A stretch of 64,000 nt of DNA from Fibrobacteria bacterium (GCA_050294405.1 JBNKOC010000004.1:1-64000); one strand, 5' to 3'. Counted from the first letter of the stretch, positions 47,373 through 57,168 are shown. The notes: generated by a model from the sequence alone, not told the origin. Translations and numbers: made by a program.

Positions 47373-48323
47373 TTATTCTAAAGAATAATTTGCATTTAAC
47401 AAAGATAACAATACCGCTTTTTGAGCATGAAGTCTATTCTCAGCTTCATCAAAACAAAAACAATAATCCGCTCGCATCACTTCATCTGTAATTTCTTCAT
47501 CGCGATGGGCCGGCAAACAGTGAGATACTAAACAATCTGCCTTAGCATGTTTAACCAGCTCGGCATTTATCTGATAGCCTTCGAATTCACGAGTTTTATC
47601 CTGCTTGACCCCTTCTTCGCCCATACTCACCCATACATCTGTGTATAAGAAGTCGGCATTTTTTGCGGCATCCTGGGGAGAACGCAACATTTCATAACTT
47701 CCTCCATTTTTTTCGAACAGAGGTTCCAGCGACTTTATTAAATCTTCGGGTTGCTCATAACCTTTGGGACAAGCCAATACAAAATCCATTCCCAAATGTG
47801 CGCAGAGTATTAATAGAGAATTGGCCACATTGTTTCCATCTCCAATAAAGACCAGCTTAGAGCCTTTTATATTTCCCCTGTGCTCCATAGCTGTTTGGGC
47901 AAAAGCCAAGGCCTGACAAGGATGGTATTTATCCGTTAAAGCATTCACAATAGGAATCTGGGAGTATGTTTGCAGTTCTTCCACCAAACGGTGCTTAAAT
48001 GTTCTGGCCACCAATACATCTACCCAGCGGCTTAAGTTTTTAGAAACGTCTTCCACGCTTTCCCGTTTGCCGATGGAAATATTTTGTGGGTCCAGGGTAA
48101 TGGTGGAGCCTCCAAACTGGGTCATGGCTACTTCAAAAGTTACCCTGGTTCTCAAACTGGGTTTTTCAAAAATTAAAACTGATGTTTTTCCCTGCAGCAA
48201 TTGATTGGGGCCAGATTTTAAAAAATCTTTTTTGGTGTCCCGGGCAATTTCCAGAGTTTTAATAACCTGTTCTGTGCTGTAATCCAGCAGGGTCAACAGG
48301 CTTTTGGGTTTATTCTGGCTCAT
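47373..48323 (-). CDS. argF: ornithine carbamoyltransferase
   Basis: FEKPSLRTR, HPCQ, GDGNNV, TDVWVSMG, HCLPAHR.EE, AENRLH. Confidence 0.95.
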   Translation of the reverse strand: MSQNKPKSLLTLLDYSTEQVIKTLEIARDTKKDFLKSGPNQLLQGKTSVLIFEKPSLRTRVTFEVAMTQFGGSTITLDPQNISIGKRESVEDVSKNLSRWVDVLVARTFKHRLVEELQTYSQIPIVNALTDKYHPCQALAFAQTAMEHRGNIKGSKLVFIGDGNNVANSLLILCAHLGMDFVLACPKGYEQPEDLIKSLEPLFEKNGGSYEMLRSPQDAAKNADFLYTDVWVSMGEEGVKQDKTREFEGYQINAELVKHAKADCLVSHCLPAHRDEEITDEVMRADYCFCFDEAENRLHAQKAVLLSLLNANYSLE

Positions 48324-48426
48324 AAATTCTTTACTACCAATTAAAAAGACAAAGAAAGTACATTATAAAAAAAAATTGCCTTAGCTCTAATGTATAAATC
48401 CAAATTCCCTAGGCTTAAATTATTTT

Positions 48427-49296
48427 ATGGGGATGGAATTAGAAACTCTTTGTCCTGCTAAAATAAATTTATTTCTGGAAGTATTGGGCAAACGCCCTGA
48501 CTCCTACCATGAAATCCGGACTTTATTTCAGAGACTGGACAGCGGGGATATTTTAAAAGCCAAGCCCGCCACACAAATCAGCCTTAAAGGCGCCGATAAA
48601 TTAGGCATTGCCCCATCGGAAAATTTAGTGGTACGAGCCGCCCAAATTTTAAAAGAGCATGGTGGAGTTAAAGAAGGTGTGGAGTTTCATTTGGAAAAAA
48701 AGTTACCTGCAGGAGGTGGCCTTGGAGGGGGAAGCAGTGACGCGGCCGGAGCGCTTCGCCTATGCAATGAGCTCTGGGGCCTTAATTACAGCAGTATTGA
48801 GCTCCAAAAGCTGGCTGCTCCCCTGGGAGCCGACATTCCCTTTTTTTTAGGCTCCCCCACCGCCCTCGGCACAGGAACGGGAACCCAGCTTGTGGACCTG
48901 CCGCCCCCCCTTTCCTTTTGGGTTTTAATTACCACCCCTCACAGCTTTGTGCCCACAGGCCCTGCTTATAGCTGGCTAAATGCGAAAACTCTTTCAGATG
49001 GAAGCCAAACCGGCACATTTAGTTTAGAGGAAATCCAAAAAGGTCTCAAAAGCCCGGGTTTTTACCCCCGATGTTTTAATGATTTTCATGGTCCGGTATT
49101 AAGCCATTTTCCAGATATCTTTCTGCTGGATGAAAAAATCCGGGAGTTTTCACCTTCACTTTGCCTATTATCGGGAAGTGGGGCCAGCTTATTTTCTCTT
49201 TTTGAAGAAAAAACCACAGCACAAAGCTGCCTCAAGGAAGTGGAAAAATTATGCCGTTTTTCAACTATTTGCAGTTGGGAACAAAAAACGGAATAA
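48427..49296 (+). CDS. ispE: 4-diphosphocytidyl-2-C-methyl-D-erythritol kinase
   Basis: PAKINLFL, YHEI.T, NLV..AA, GGGLGGGSSDAA, GADIPFF, LSGSGAS. Confidence 0.95.
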   Translation: MGMELETLCPAKINLFLEVLGKRPDSYHEIRTLFQRLDSGDILKAKPATQISLKGADKLGIAPSENLVVRAAQILKEHGGVKEGVEFHLEKKLPAGGGLGGGSSDAAGALRLCNELWGLNYSSIELQKLAAPLGADIPFFLGSPTALGTGTGTQLVDLPPPLSFWVLITTPHSFVPTGPAYSWLNAKTLSDGSQTGTFSLEEIQKGLKSPGFYPRCFNDFHGPVLSHFPDIFLLDEKIREFSPSLCLLSGSGASLFSLFEEKTTAQSCLKEVEKLCRFSTICSWEQKTE

Positions 49297-49317
49297 AAAT
49301 TCTTAACCCCCAAAATC

Positions 49318-49346
49318 TTGAAAATGCGAGAAATTCTTAATATTAT
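49318..49346 (+). promoter_or_regulatory. sigma70-type promoter for tRNA-Gln/rplY
   Basis: TTGAAA-N17-TATTAT, ending 18 nt before the tRNA. Confidence 0.6.
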
Positions 49347-49364
49347 ACTGCCACACATTCTGAA

Positions 49365-49439
49365 TGGGGTGTCGTCAAGTGGTAAGACAACGGTTTTTGG
49401 TACCGTCATTCGTAGGTTCGAATCCTGCCACCCCAGCCA
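49365..49439 (+). tRNA. tRNA-Gln (TTG)
   Basis: TGGGGTG/CACCCCA acceptor stem, ACGGT-TTTTGGT-ACCGT anticodon arm, GGTTCGAATCC T-arm, encoded CCA. Confidence 0.97.
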
Positions 49440-49504
49440 GAATAAAATTTGCAGAATTTGAATAATTCTAATACTTTTACACCTCATTTAAATTAGAGAT
49501 TATT

Positions 49505-50149
49505 ATGGAAACTTTAACCCTAAACGCAAAACTGCGAAACAGCAAAACTAAGGGTGATCTGAACAATATCCGCAAAGCCTCCCGGGTTCCCGGTGTTGTT
49601 TACGGGCTTAAGCAAGACAATGTATCTATAGATGTAGACTCCAATGAGTTAAAACATTGTATGGGATCAAAAAACGCCAACAAAGTTGTGGAACTGAAAA
49701 TCGAAGGCGGCAGCGACGAAAAAGTCATCATTAAAGAAGTGGTTCGCCACCCTGTTCGTCAATTCGATATTTCCCATGTTGATTTTATCCGGGTAAACGA
49801 CACGCAACCAGTAGTTGTAAAAGTGCCCGTTAAAACAGAAGGCGTTCCCGTGGGCGTTAAAAACGAAGGCGGATCTTTCCAAATCATGAAAAAATTTGTG
49901 AAAATCAAAGCCGTTATCAATAACATCCCCGAATCCTTTACTATGGATGTATCTGAAATGCATTCGGGCGAAGTATTCTACACCCGCGACCTTGAATTTA
50001 AAGGTGGAACAGTTTTAACTCCTGCTAAAACTGCCCTTCACGGAGTATCTGGCCGCCGCGGTGGAAAACTGGCTGTAGAAGAAACTCCTGCTGCCGCTGA
50101 AGAAGCTCCTGCAGAAGGCGCAGAAGCAACTGCTGAAGAAGCCAAATAA
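49505..50149 (+). CDS. rplY: 50S ribosomal protein L25/Ctc
   Basis: R...RVPGVVYG, HPV...HVDF, GVPVGVK.GG, IPE. Confidence 0.95.
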   Translation: METLTLNAKLRNSKTKGDLNNIRKASRVPGVVYGLKQDNVSIDVDSNELKHCMGSKNANKVVELKIEGGSDEKVIIKEVVRHPVRQFDISHVDFIRVNDTQPVVVKVPVKTEGVPVGVKNEGGSFQIMKKFVKIKAVINNIPESFTMDVSEMHSGEVFYTRDLEFKGGTVLTPAKTALHGVSGRRGGKLAVEETPAAAEEAPAEGAEATAEEAK

Positions 50150-50172
50150 GTATTTCTTGAAAAATTTAATGG

Positions 50173-50208
50173 AAGGGATGTCTATTCAAGGCATCCCTTT
50201 TTATTTTT
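50173..50208 (+). terminator. intrinsic terminator after rplY
   Basis: AAGGGATGTC-TATTCAA-GGCATCCCTT stem-loop followed by T-rich tract. Confidence 0.75.
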
Positions 50209-50220
50209 AGGGTCTACATT

Positions 50221-50778
50221 ATGAAAGTCATTTTAGGCATAGGCAACCCCGGGAAAAAATACGAGAACACCCCCCATAATATTGGCTTTCATTTAGTAGA
50301 TAGCCTGAGTGAAAGTGGGTTTACTCCCATGGGCAAGGATAGCCTGGTTGAAAAGATTAATTTGGCAGGGGAAACCGTCATTTTGCTCAAACCCCAGACC
50401 TATGTAAACCTTTCTGGGAATTCAGCCCAAAAAGTAATGCACTTTTACAAAATAAATCCCGATGATTTAATCGTTGTGGTGGACGACGTAAACCTGGAAT
50501 GGGGCGCCATTCGCATCCGCTCCAAGGGCAGTCACGGTGGCCATAACGGGCTTAAAAGTTTGATTCAGCATATTGGCAGCAACTTCACCCGAATTCGCGT
50601 GGGAGTGGGCCTTTGCCCCGAATACATGGACTTGTCTGCTTATGTTTTAAGGCAACTGACCAATGCCGAAAAAAATTCATTAAATAACTTAAAGCTGGAT
50701 TTTAAAGATTTAGTGGAGTTTGGAATCAAAGAAGGCTGGGAAAAGGCTGGAGCAAAATTCAATCGTAAATCTTTATAA
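50221..50778 (+). CDS. pth: peptidyl-tRNA hydrolase
   Basis: GIGNPG..Y..TPHNIGF, KPQTYVNLSG, GGHNGLKS, RIRVGVG. Confidence 0.96.
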   Translation: MKVILGIGNPGKKYENTPHNIGFHLVDSLSESGFTPMGKDSLVEKINLAGETVILLKPQTYVNLSGNSAQKVMHFYKINPDDLIVVVDDVNLEWGAIRIRSKGSHGGHNGLKSLIQHIGSNFTRIRVGVGLCPEYMDLSAYVLRQLTNAEKNSLNNLKLDFKDLVEFGIKEGWEKAGAKFNRKSL

Positions 50779-50910
50779 ATAAGCCAAAATTTTTACAGCC
50801 ACTCAGAGGCAAAATTCTATCTTATGAATTGGCCTTGAGTTGAAGAATTTGGCCAATTAATCTAACTTCGAAGGAGTTATATTTAGTTAAACTAAGTTTG
50901 GAATCGAATT

Positions 50911-51657
50911 ATGTCTGGGGAATCCATGAAAGAAGAATTAAACTATTTGCTTGAGCTCTGCGGTTATGATAAAAATGCATATAACCTGCGCAAGGCAAAC
51001 AAGGATCTGCCCATTCGTATTAATGAGCTAAAAACCGAAATTCAAACTGCCGAAGCCAAGCTCAACGAAATTAGCAACTTGGTTTCTGAAACCGAAAAAA
51101 AAATCAAAGACTCCCGCGAGTTTACCGAAAGCGAAATTCAAAATTTAGAAGACAGCGAAGAACGCCTTAAAAACATCAGCACCAATAAAGAATACGATGC
51201 TGTACATTCTGAAATAGCCACCCACAAACGCAACATTGAAGATTCTCAAGCCAGTGCCATTCACTTTGAACAGGTTTTGGAAAATTTAAAAGAAGACAAA
51301 AAAGCCATTGAAGAAGAGTATAACTCCATCATTGAAAAAAATAAGCCGGAGTTAGAATCCCTTTCCAAAGATTTGGACTCTTTAGAAGACCGTATTGCTA
51401 TTGAGGTTTCCAAAAGTGAAGAACCCCGTAAAAAAGTGGGCAAAAGATTAATCAGCGTTTACGAACGCATGAAAAAACGCCGCAAGTCTCCCTACATTAT
51501 TTCCATTATTAACTGGAACTCCAATGTATGTGAAAATTGCAATCGCACCCAACCTGCGCAAAAAGTAAATGAAGTAAGCCGTATGGACTCTATCATTACC
51601 TGCGAAGGCTGCGGCAGCATTTTGATTTGGAACGAATCCGAAGTTCCCGCTCAGTAG
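50911..51657 (+). CDS. coiled-coil + C4 zinc-ribbon protein (CT398/HP0958-like)
   Basis: TNKEYDA..EI coiled coil; YER; CENC...CEGCGSIL. Confidence 0.88.
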   Translation: MSGESMKEELNYLLELCGYDKNAYNLRKANKDLPIRINELKTEIQTAEAKLNEISNLVSETEKKIKDSREFTESEIQNLEDSEERLKNISTNKEYDAVHSEIATHKRNIEDSQASAIHFEQVLENLKEDKKAIEEEYNSIIEKNKPELESLSKDLDSLEDRIAIEVSKSEEPRKKVGKRLISVYERMKKRRKSPYIISIINWNSNVCENCNRTQPAQKVNEVSRMDSIITCEGCGSILIWNESEVPAQ

Positions 51658-51713
51658 ATACAGGCCTACTCAAAGGGCACTGCCGGATAATGGTGGTGGC
51701 AGAAAACCAAATA

Positions 51714-52364
51714 CTAAAATTTAAACCCGAAAAAAATATTGGGTTCAAATAAAAAATAATTGTCCCATTTTCGTTCTTTTTCCTTAAAGTCTTTAGGCCC
51801 ATCGGTATCAATTGGCCAATAATTGCAATGAATTTGCGGTTCAATAAAAAACCTATTTTTTAAAAACGAAAAATGATACCCAATATGATAAGAAGTATAA
51901 AGTTTGAAGCCTTTTTTAATAGTTTCCTTATCTGGGTTTAAATAAAGCTTCATTAATGGCAATATTTCAATAGAAGTGAACCAATGCTCAGTCAGAAATC
52001 TTTGGTATCCAACACCCACCCCAAACTCCCGAATAAAGCCCTGGTAGCGATGGCTTTTATCTGTTAAGGAAAACTCCCAATATTGCATACCCATAGGCTG
52101 AAAAAGCCTCCAGGTCGCAGCTTTTAGCAATAAATTGTTCTTCTGGGAAAGTTTATAGGATAAATGTACCTCCGTCATATGTACATTTATATTTTCAGGG
52201 CTCCAAAATTGATCAAGCGTAAGCCAGGTTGTGCTTAGGGAGTAGTTATAAATGGACTCCTCTGACGAAGGCACCTCAGTGGAGATTTTGTGATTAGATC
52301 GGCCAAAAGCTGCAGCTAGTGGATATATAAACACAACAAAACAGGTTAAACAAAAAATTTTCAT
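51714..52364 (-). CDS. hypothetical exported beta-barrel-like protein
   Basis: signal peptide; GVGYQRF, HIGYHF, FFIEP strands; terminal GFKF. Confidence 0.7.
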   Translation of the reverse strand: MKIFCLTCFVVFIYPLAAAFGRSNHKISTEVPSSEESIYNYSLSTTWLTLDQFWSPENINVHMTEVHLSYKLSQKNNLLLKAATWRLFQPMGMQYWEFSLTDKSHRYQGFIREFGVGVGYQRFLTEHWFTSIEILPLMKLYLNPDKETIKKGFKLYTSYHIGYHFSFLKNRFFIEPQIHCNYWPIDTDGPKDFKEKERKWDNYFLFEPNIFFGFKF

Positions 52365-52429
52365 AGAGTGACTTTTGAGTTATGAATTAAGGTTATATTT
52401 TAATGATATAAAGCCCTAAATTCTTTATC

Positions 52430-52445
52430 ATTGACTTAAGTCAAT
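52430..52445. promoter_or_regulatory. Crp/Fnr-type operator palindrome
   Basis: perfect palindrome ATTGACTTAAGTCAAT (TTGAC-N4-GTCAA) between the Crp gene and the downstream gene. Confidence 0.7.
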
Positions 52446-52473
52446 AAATGGAATGCAAACAAAGGTAGCGCTC

Positions 52474-53052
52474 TTAAGTATTTTTAATGGATATCCGCTT
52501 GCGAATCCTGCTTAAGGATTCAGGACTCATCCCCAAATAGCTGGCAATTTGGTGCTGGGGCACTCGTTGGAGCAAGTCCGGTCGATGGCAACTCAAATTC
52601 AAATAACGTTGCTCGGGGCTAGCTAATTTATATTCTGCAAAGGCATCTTTATAGTTAGAAATTAGTTCACTGTTAATTTGTTGAGATAAGTGGACCAGTT
52701 GAGGGAACTTTTCAAACATTTCAGATTCTAATTTTGGGGTGCCTACGCAGGCTATTGTATCTTCCACACACACCAGACTTAGTGTTGATTTTTCATTTTT
52801 ACCATAACAGGATAGTGATACAGATTGCTTTTCGGTATATATTTCAACAGTTTTTTCTTTAGCATCTCTTATACAAAATGACCGTATACATCCTTTAAGG
52901 ATAAAAAAGCATTCATTGGAAAGTTCTCCCTCTTTAAGCAAAACTTGTCCCTTTTTATACAGTTTTATAAAATCACTTTCAATTAACGCTTTTTTTAAGT
53001 CCTCGCTGATTTCCCCATACTTGGAGATATAATCAAATAATATTTTTTCCAT
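52474..53052 (-). CDS. Crp/Fnr family transcriptional regulator
   Basis: KKG..LLKEG, FILKG.IR, SPEQRY, LLQRVPQHQIASYLGMSPESLSRIRK. Confidence 0.93.
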   Translation of the reverse strand: MEKILFDYISKYGEISEDLKKALIESDFIKLYKKGQVLLKEGELSNECFFILKGCIRSFCIRDAKEKTVEIYTEKQSVSLSCYGKNEKSTLSLVCVEDTIACVGTPKLESEMFEKFPQLVHLSQQINSELISNYKDAFAEYKLASPEQRYLNLSCHRPDLLQRVPQHQIASYLGMSPESLSRIRKRISIKNT

Positions 53053-53196
53053 TTTTACTCACGATTCGTGCCAATTATTTTCCATTTCCAGCTCAATACC
53101 ATCCCGAATAAGTATATACATCAAATCTGAGTTTTTCAAAATTCAGGCGAGATTGTATTCAAATGGCCATGTAGGCATTTAAAAAATTGATTTTTT

Positions 53197-54018
53197 TTAC
53201 ATCCCTTCCAGTAAATTAACATCATCCAGAAGTTCCTGGTCATTTTCCAGTTTTTCCAGGGTATTTTCATCCAAGCTGCGATTGTCTTCTTTCTTTTTCT
53301 TTTTAGGAAAGGTATAGATTTTTGGTTTAATAGGAATTTTCCTTTGTATGGCAGGTTTTGCTGTATCCGGGGGAGCCACCTCTTTTTTCTCAAACATATC
53401 CGGATCGTAGAGTTTTTTAGCTTCCTCTTTTTCCACTTTAACACTGGCCAAGCTAGCCACAATTCTGTTTTTGGTTTCCACAGCCAGTTTTTCCATTAAC
53501 TTTACCAGGCTTGCGTCGCGAATTATGGGATCAATAGTTCCCACTGTGGGTTCAGGACCCAGGTAGATGTTTTCCACTTCTTCGCTGGCTTCAATAAGTC
53601 CCGAAAATTTCATTTCTCCGTTTTTGCCATCTATGACTTTTAGCCACATAGAGTGCTTAAAAGTGGCATTTCCCTTAGATGGATTAAACCACTTCCTGGA
53701 AACCTCAAGTTCCATGCGCTTTAAAACTCCAAAGGATAAAATCCGGGTTTTTAAATCTTTTGCAGTTTTTACAGAGGGTTTGGTGCCTATTTCAGGCCCA
53801 TGGAGGGTTCCCTTTTCCAAAAAAAGCTGAATTTGGGATGAAGGCACCAATTTATAACGAGATTGGCTTCGCAATTCCCGGTAAATTAGACGCTCTAACT
53901 CATTTTTTACCAGGGGTTCTTCCGTATCTTTTATTCCCAAAAAAGCCATGGGGATTTTACCCGATGCATAAGAGGAAGATAAAAAAACCGTAAAAATGGC
54001 TATAAATGCAGTTCTCAC
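53197..54018 (-). CDS. hypothetical exported protein
   Basis: signal peptide; alpha/beta domain reminiscent of CsgG/TolB-N type (weak); charged tail. Confidence 0.6.
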   Translation of the reverse strand: MRTAFIAIFTVFLSSSYASGKIPMAFLGIKDTEEPLVKNELERLIYRELRSQSRYKLVPSSQIQLFLEKGTLHGPEIGTKPSVKTAKDLKTRILSFGVLKRMELEVSRKWFNPSKGNATFKHSMWLKVIDGKNGEMKFSGLIEASEEVENIYLGPEPTVGTIDPIIRDASLVKLMEKLAVETKNRIVASLASVKVEKEEAKKLYDPDMFEKKEVAPPDTAKPAIQRKIPIKPKIYTFPKKKKKEDNRSLDENTLEKLENDQELLDDVNLLEGM

Positions 54019-54070
54019 CTTCCTGATATCGGAACTATTGCCAAAAATCTAAAAGGATTAATGGAAAAAT

Positions 54071-54574
54071 TTAAAAGCGAAGCTGGGCTATCAGGCCCGG
54101 AGACTTGTAATTAGGTACAAGCTTAAGCTTAAGCTCCCATTTAGAAGTGGGACCCACATTGATTTCGTGGTTGTATTTTTTTACCGCATCCGTCATGTGC
54201 ATATTGGAAACCTTAAAAAGACCAGCTCCAATGGCTACCAAACCAACTCCTCCTAAAAACATGGGCAGGGGAAAATTTTCTCCCAAAGCGGCATTTGCAA
54301 CGGGGATCACCATAACCAGAGTCCCGGCTCCAGTGGCTATCCAGGCTGGAAAATAATAGGCCCGGGCCTTGGCAATGGGCTGCTCGGAAGATTGATAGGA
54401 GCTTAGATTGCCGAAAAGACTCATCACTTTAATTTTTTTGCCCTTTTGAAAAAAGCTGTTTCCCCAAAACCTGGGTTGGATTTCCACCGATTGATCGGGC
54501 TTTAAAGGATATCTTTCAGCAAAACTTAGGGACATAAAAAAAATGGCCATAGCACAAATAAACAGCTTCATCAA
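54071..54574 (-). CDS. hypothetical membrane/exported protein
   Basis: GGAGG RBS, signal peptide, two Gly-rich hydrophobic segments, terminal LRF. Confidence 0.7.
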   Translation of the reverse strand: MMKLFICAMAIFFMSLSFAERYPLKPDQSVEIQPRFWGNSFFQKGKKIKVMSLFGNLSSYQSSEQPIAKARAYYFPAWIATGAGTLVMVIPVANAALGENFPLPMFLGGVGLVAIGAGLFKVSNMHMTDAVKKYNHEINVGPTSKWELKLKLVPNYKSPGLIAQLRF

Positions 54575-54642
54575 ACCTCCTATGAATGGAGAAAAAAATA
54601 AGAAAATTATTTAGAACCCATCTGAAAATAAATTTTGTCCAG

Positions 54643-54658
54643 TGTGATTTAGATCACA
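54643..54658. promoter_or_regulatory. consensus CRP-type box
   Basis: TGTGA-TTTAGA-TCACA about 70 nt upstream of the 54574 start; lies within a longer inverted repeat, so it may instead be a hairpin. Confidence 0.5.
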
Positions 54659-54818
54659 GACAAAAAAAATGAATTGGGCTAAAATTTATATCAAGCAATT
54701 CGCGCAACCGAATACAGTGCAACGGCCTAATTGAAGCACCCTCCGGGGGCCTTTTAGGCCAATGCAGTGGGTTTGGGGGCCTGGGAATAATTCGGCCAAA
54801 CCTACCCTCCCCGGCTGG

Positions 54819-55661
54819 TTATTCCCGGGCGATTTTTTTTTTCAGAAAAAAAGCAAAACCGACTCCCGTGGCCATCATGCCCAAACATAGCATTTGCCCC
54901 ATGGAAAATTTTAAAAACACAAAACCGAGGTGAGAGTCCGGTTGGCGAAAATACTCAATAAAAAAGCGTACAAAACCATAGCTAATAAGGTAAAAGGGAG
55001 CCATCATGCCTGGAGTTTTTATTTTTTTTCTAAAAATCCACATTAGCGTAAAACAGGCGATTCCCTCAAAAAAGGCTTCGTAAAGTTGGGAAGGGTGCCG
55101 CAATTCATGGGTTGGAGCGGAGGGAAAATACATGCCAATAGACGATTCCGTAACCCTGCCGTATAATTCTCCATTGATAAAGTTACCAAGGCGCCCGAAT
55201 GTGTAGCCCAGTGGAATAATTGGGCCGTATAAATCCACCATTTCCCAATAAGAAATTTTGCGTTTTCGACAAAAAATCCCAACGGCTACCATTACACCTA
55301 TAAGGCCTCCGTGATAAGACATACCTGATATTCCCGTAAACTGTCCGGTACTAATATCAATGGGCAAAATAATTTCTAAAGGGTGGTTTAAATAATAACT
55401 GAAGTTATAGAACAATACATAGCCCAGCCTTCCTCCCGCCAAAACGCCAATAAAGGCCGCAGTCATAATATCTTTGTGAAAATCGGAATTAAAGGGAAAG
55501 CGGGGTTCGTGCTTTGTCCTATAGTTAGCCAAAAGATATGTGGTCACAAAGGCCAAAATATACATTAGGCCGTAATATTGAAGCTTAAAACTCCCAATGC
55601 TGAAAATAATGGGATCCATGTGCTGTGGCAGATTTTGCCACCAATGTGTAAAACTTGTCAT
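54819..55661 (-). CDS. lgt: prolipoprotein diacylglyceryl transferase
   Basis: YYGLMY, GGRLGYVLFY, GMSYHGG, GRLGNFINGELYGR, RHPSQLYE, RFFIEYFRQPD. Confidence 0.97.
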   Translation of the reverse strand: MTSFTHWWQNLPQHMDPIIFSIGSFKLQYYGLMYILAFVTTYLLANYRTKHEPRFPFNSDFHKDIMTAAFIGVLAGGRLGYVLFYNFSYYLNHPLEIILPIDISTGQFTGISGMSYHGGLIGVMVAVGIFCRKRKISYWEMVDLYGPIIPLGYTFGRLGNFINGELYGRVTESSIGMYFPSAPTHELRHPSQLYEAFFEGIACFTLMWIFRKKIKTPGMMAPFYLISYGFVRFFIEYFRQPDSHLGFVFLKFSMGQMLCLGMMATGVGFAFFLKKKIARE

Positions 55662-55842
55662 GTTGAAAAATTACAAAAAACCCAACTCTTAACTGAGCTG
55701 ATTCTTTTCTTTTTTACCGGCATCCCATTAAAGCTACAGCTTTTTATCGGTACTTTAAGAGAATTTTGGCATTTTCCCGTTAATTTAAGCATATTGATCC
55801 ATTATTTAGCTGTAGCTGTTTTTTAACCTAGAGAATAACAAC

Positions 55843-57168
55843 ATGAATGGATTAATGGACCCCAAAGAATGCGCCATTGTAATTTTTGGAGCCTCTGGAG
55901 ACCTTGCCAAACGAAAGTTAATACCCGCTTTAAGCATTCTTTTCGACAAAGGCATTATTGATAAAAGCAACATAGTCGTAGGTTCGGGTCGAACCGATTT
56001 TAGTGACGAAGCCTTTCGGGAAAGATTCCAATGCAGCGATGATTTTTCCAATATTTTATTTTACCACCAGAATATTCCAGGGCTAAAGAAGTACATCGAA
56101 AGTAAGGGCCAGTTTAAAAGAGTGGTTTTTTTCTTTTCCCTACCTCCGGGTGCCTATGCCAAAACAGCTAAGGCTGTTATCGATGAGGGTTTTGGCCAGG
56201 AATCTTCCATTATTATCGAAAAACCCTTTGGCACCGATTACGAAACCGCGCATAAACTGGATTGCGAGCTTCATAAATATTTTGATGAATCCCGCATTTA
56301 CAGAATCGATCATTACCTGGCGAAAGAAGCTGTGCAAAACATATTGGTATTTCGTTTTGCCAATTCTTTATTCGAACCTCTGTGGAGCAACCATTACATT
56401 GAGTCCATTGAAATCAATTCTTTTGAAACTCTGGGGCTGGAGGGGCGGGCCGCTTACTTTGACAGCTCGGGCATCATAAGAGATATGATGCAAAACCATT
56501 TAATGCAACTTCTGTGCTTACTAACCATGGAGCCACCGGTAAGCCTTAATGCGGAAGATATCCGCTCTCAAAAAATCGCCATTCTTAAAAATATGCGCAT
56601 TGAAAAGAGCGCACGGCATCAATACGAAGGCTATTCCAGTGAACCGGGCGTGCAGGAAAACTCCAATACCGAAACTTTTTCGGAAATTCAATTTTCCATA
56701 AACAATTTTCGCTGGATGGGCACTCCCATATACATGAGAGCCGGAAAAGCCATAAACCGTAAATCCACCGAAATCGGAATAAAGTTTCGGCCTATGCCCA
56801 AGATTTTATTTAACGAAAAAGCCGGCCTTTCCCCCAATAAAATTGTTTTTAAAATTCAGCCCCAGGAATCCATTATTCTGGATCTTAGCAGCAAAGTTCC
56901 CGGAACAGACAGGGACATCCGTTCCACTAACATGAAGTTCTTTTATAAAGAAGCCTTTCATGAAGAAATCCCCGAAGCCTACCAAAAGCTTTTGATGGAT
57001 GGACTAAGAGGCGACCAAACTTTGTTTGTCAGCGCCGAAGAAACAGAGCTTTCCTGGAAGCTATTTGATCCTTATTTGGACAAAGGCGAAGTTTATCTTT
57101 ATAGAAAAGGCAAGGTGCCCATTTCAAAAATCAAAGAGGACTGGATAGATTTCGAAAAATACTCTTAG
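55843..57168 (+). CDS. zwf: glucose-6-phosphate 1-dehydrogenase
   Basis: IFGASGDLAKRK, IEKPFG, RIDHYLAKE, RDMMQNHLMQ, RW.G.PIY.RAGK. Confidence 0.95.
   Translation: MNGLMDPKECAIVIFGASGDLAKRKLIPALSILFDKGIIDKSNIVVGSGRTDFSDEAFRERFQCSDDFSNILFYHQNIPGLKKYIESKGQFKRVVFFFSLPPGAYAKTAKAVIDEGFGQESSIIIEKPFGTDYETAHKLDCELHKYFDESRIYRIDHYLAKEAVQNILVFRFANSLFEPLWSNHYIESIEINSFETLGLEGRAAYFDSSGIIRDMMQNHLMQLLCLLTMEPPVSLNAEDIRSQKIAILKNMRIEKSARHQYEGYSSEPGVQENSNTETFSEIQFSINNFRWMGTPIYMRAGKAINRKSTEIGIKFRPMPKILFNEKAGLSPNKIVFKIQPQESIILDLSSKVPGTDRDIRSTNMKFFYKEAFHEEIPEAYQKLLMDGLRGDQTLFVSAEETELSWKLFDPYLDKGEVYLYRKGKVPISKIKEDWIDFEKYS

Noticed and set aside
50865..50892. dif-like 28-mer ACTTCGAAGGA-GTTATA-TTTAGTTAAAC
   Set aside because: The conserved inner TTAT of the XerD arm is absent; more simply a small hairpin in AT-rich upstream sequence.
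51658..51713. Possible RNase P RNA downstream of the CT398-like gene
   Set aside because: Gap is only 56 nt and lacks the GAGGAAAGTCC motif.
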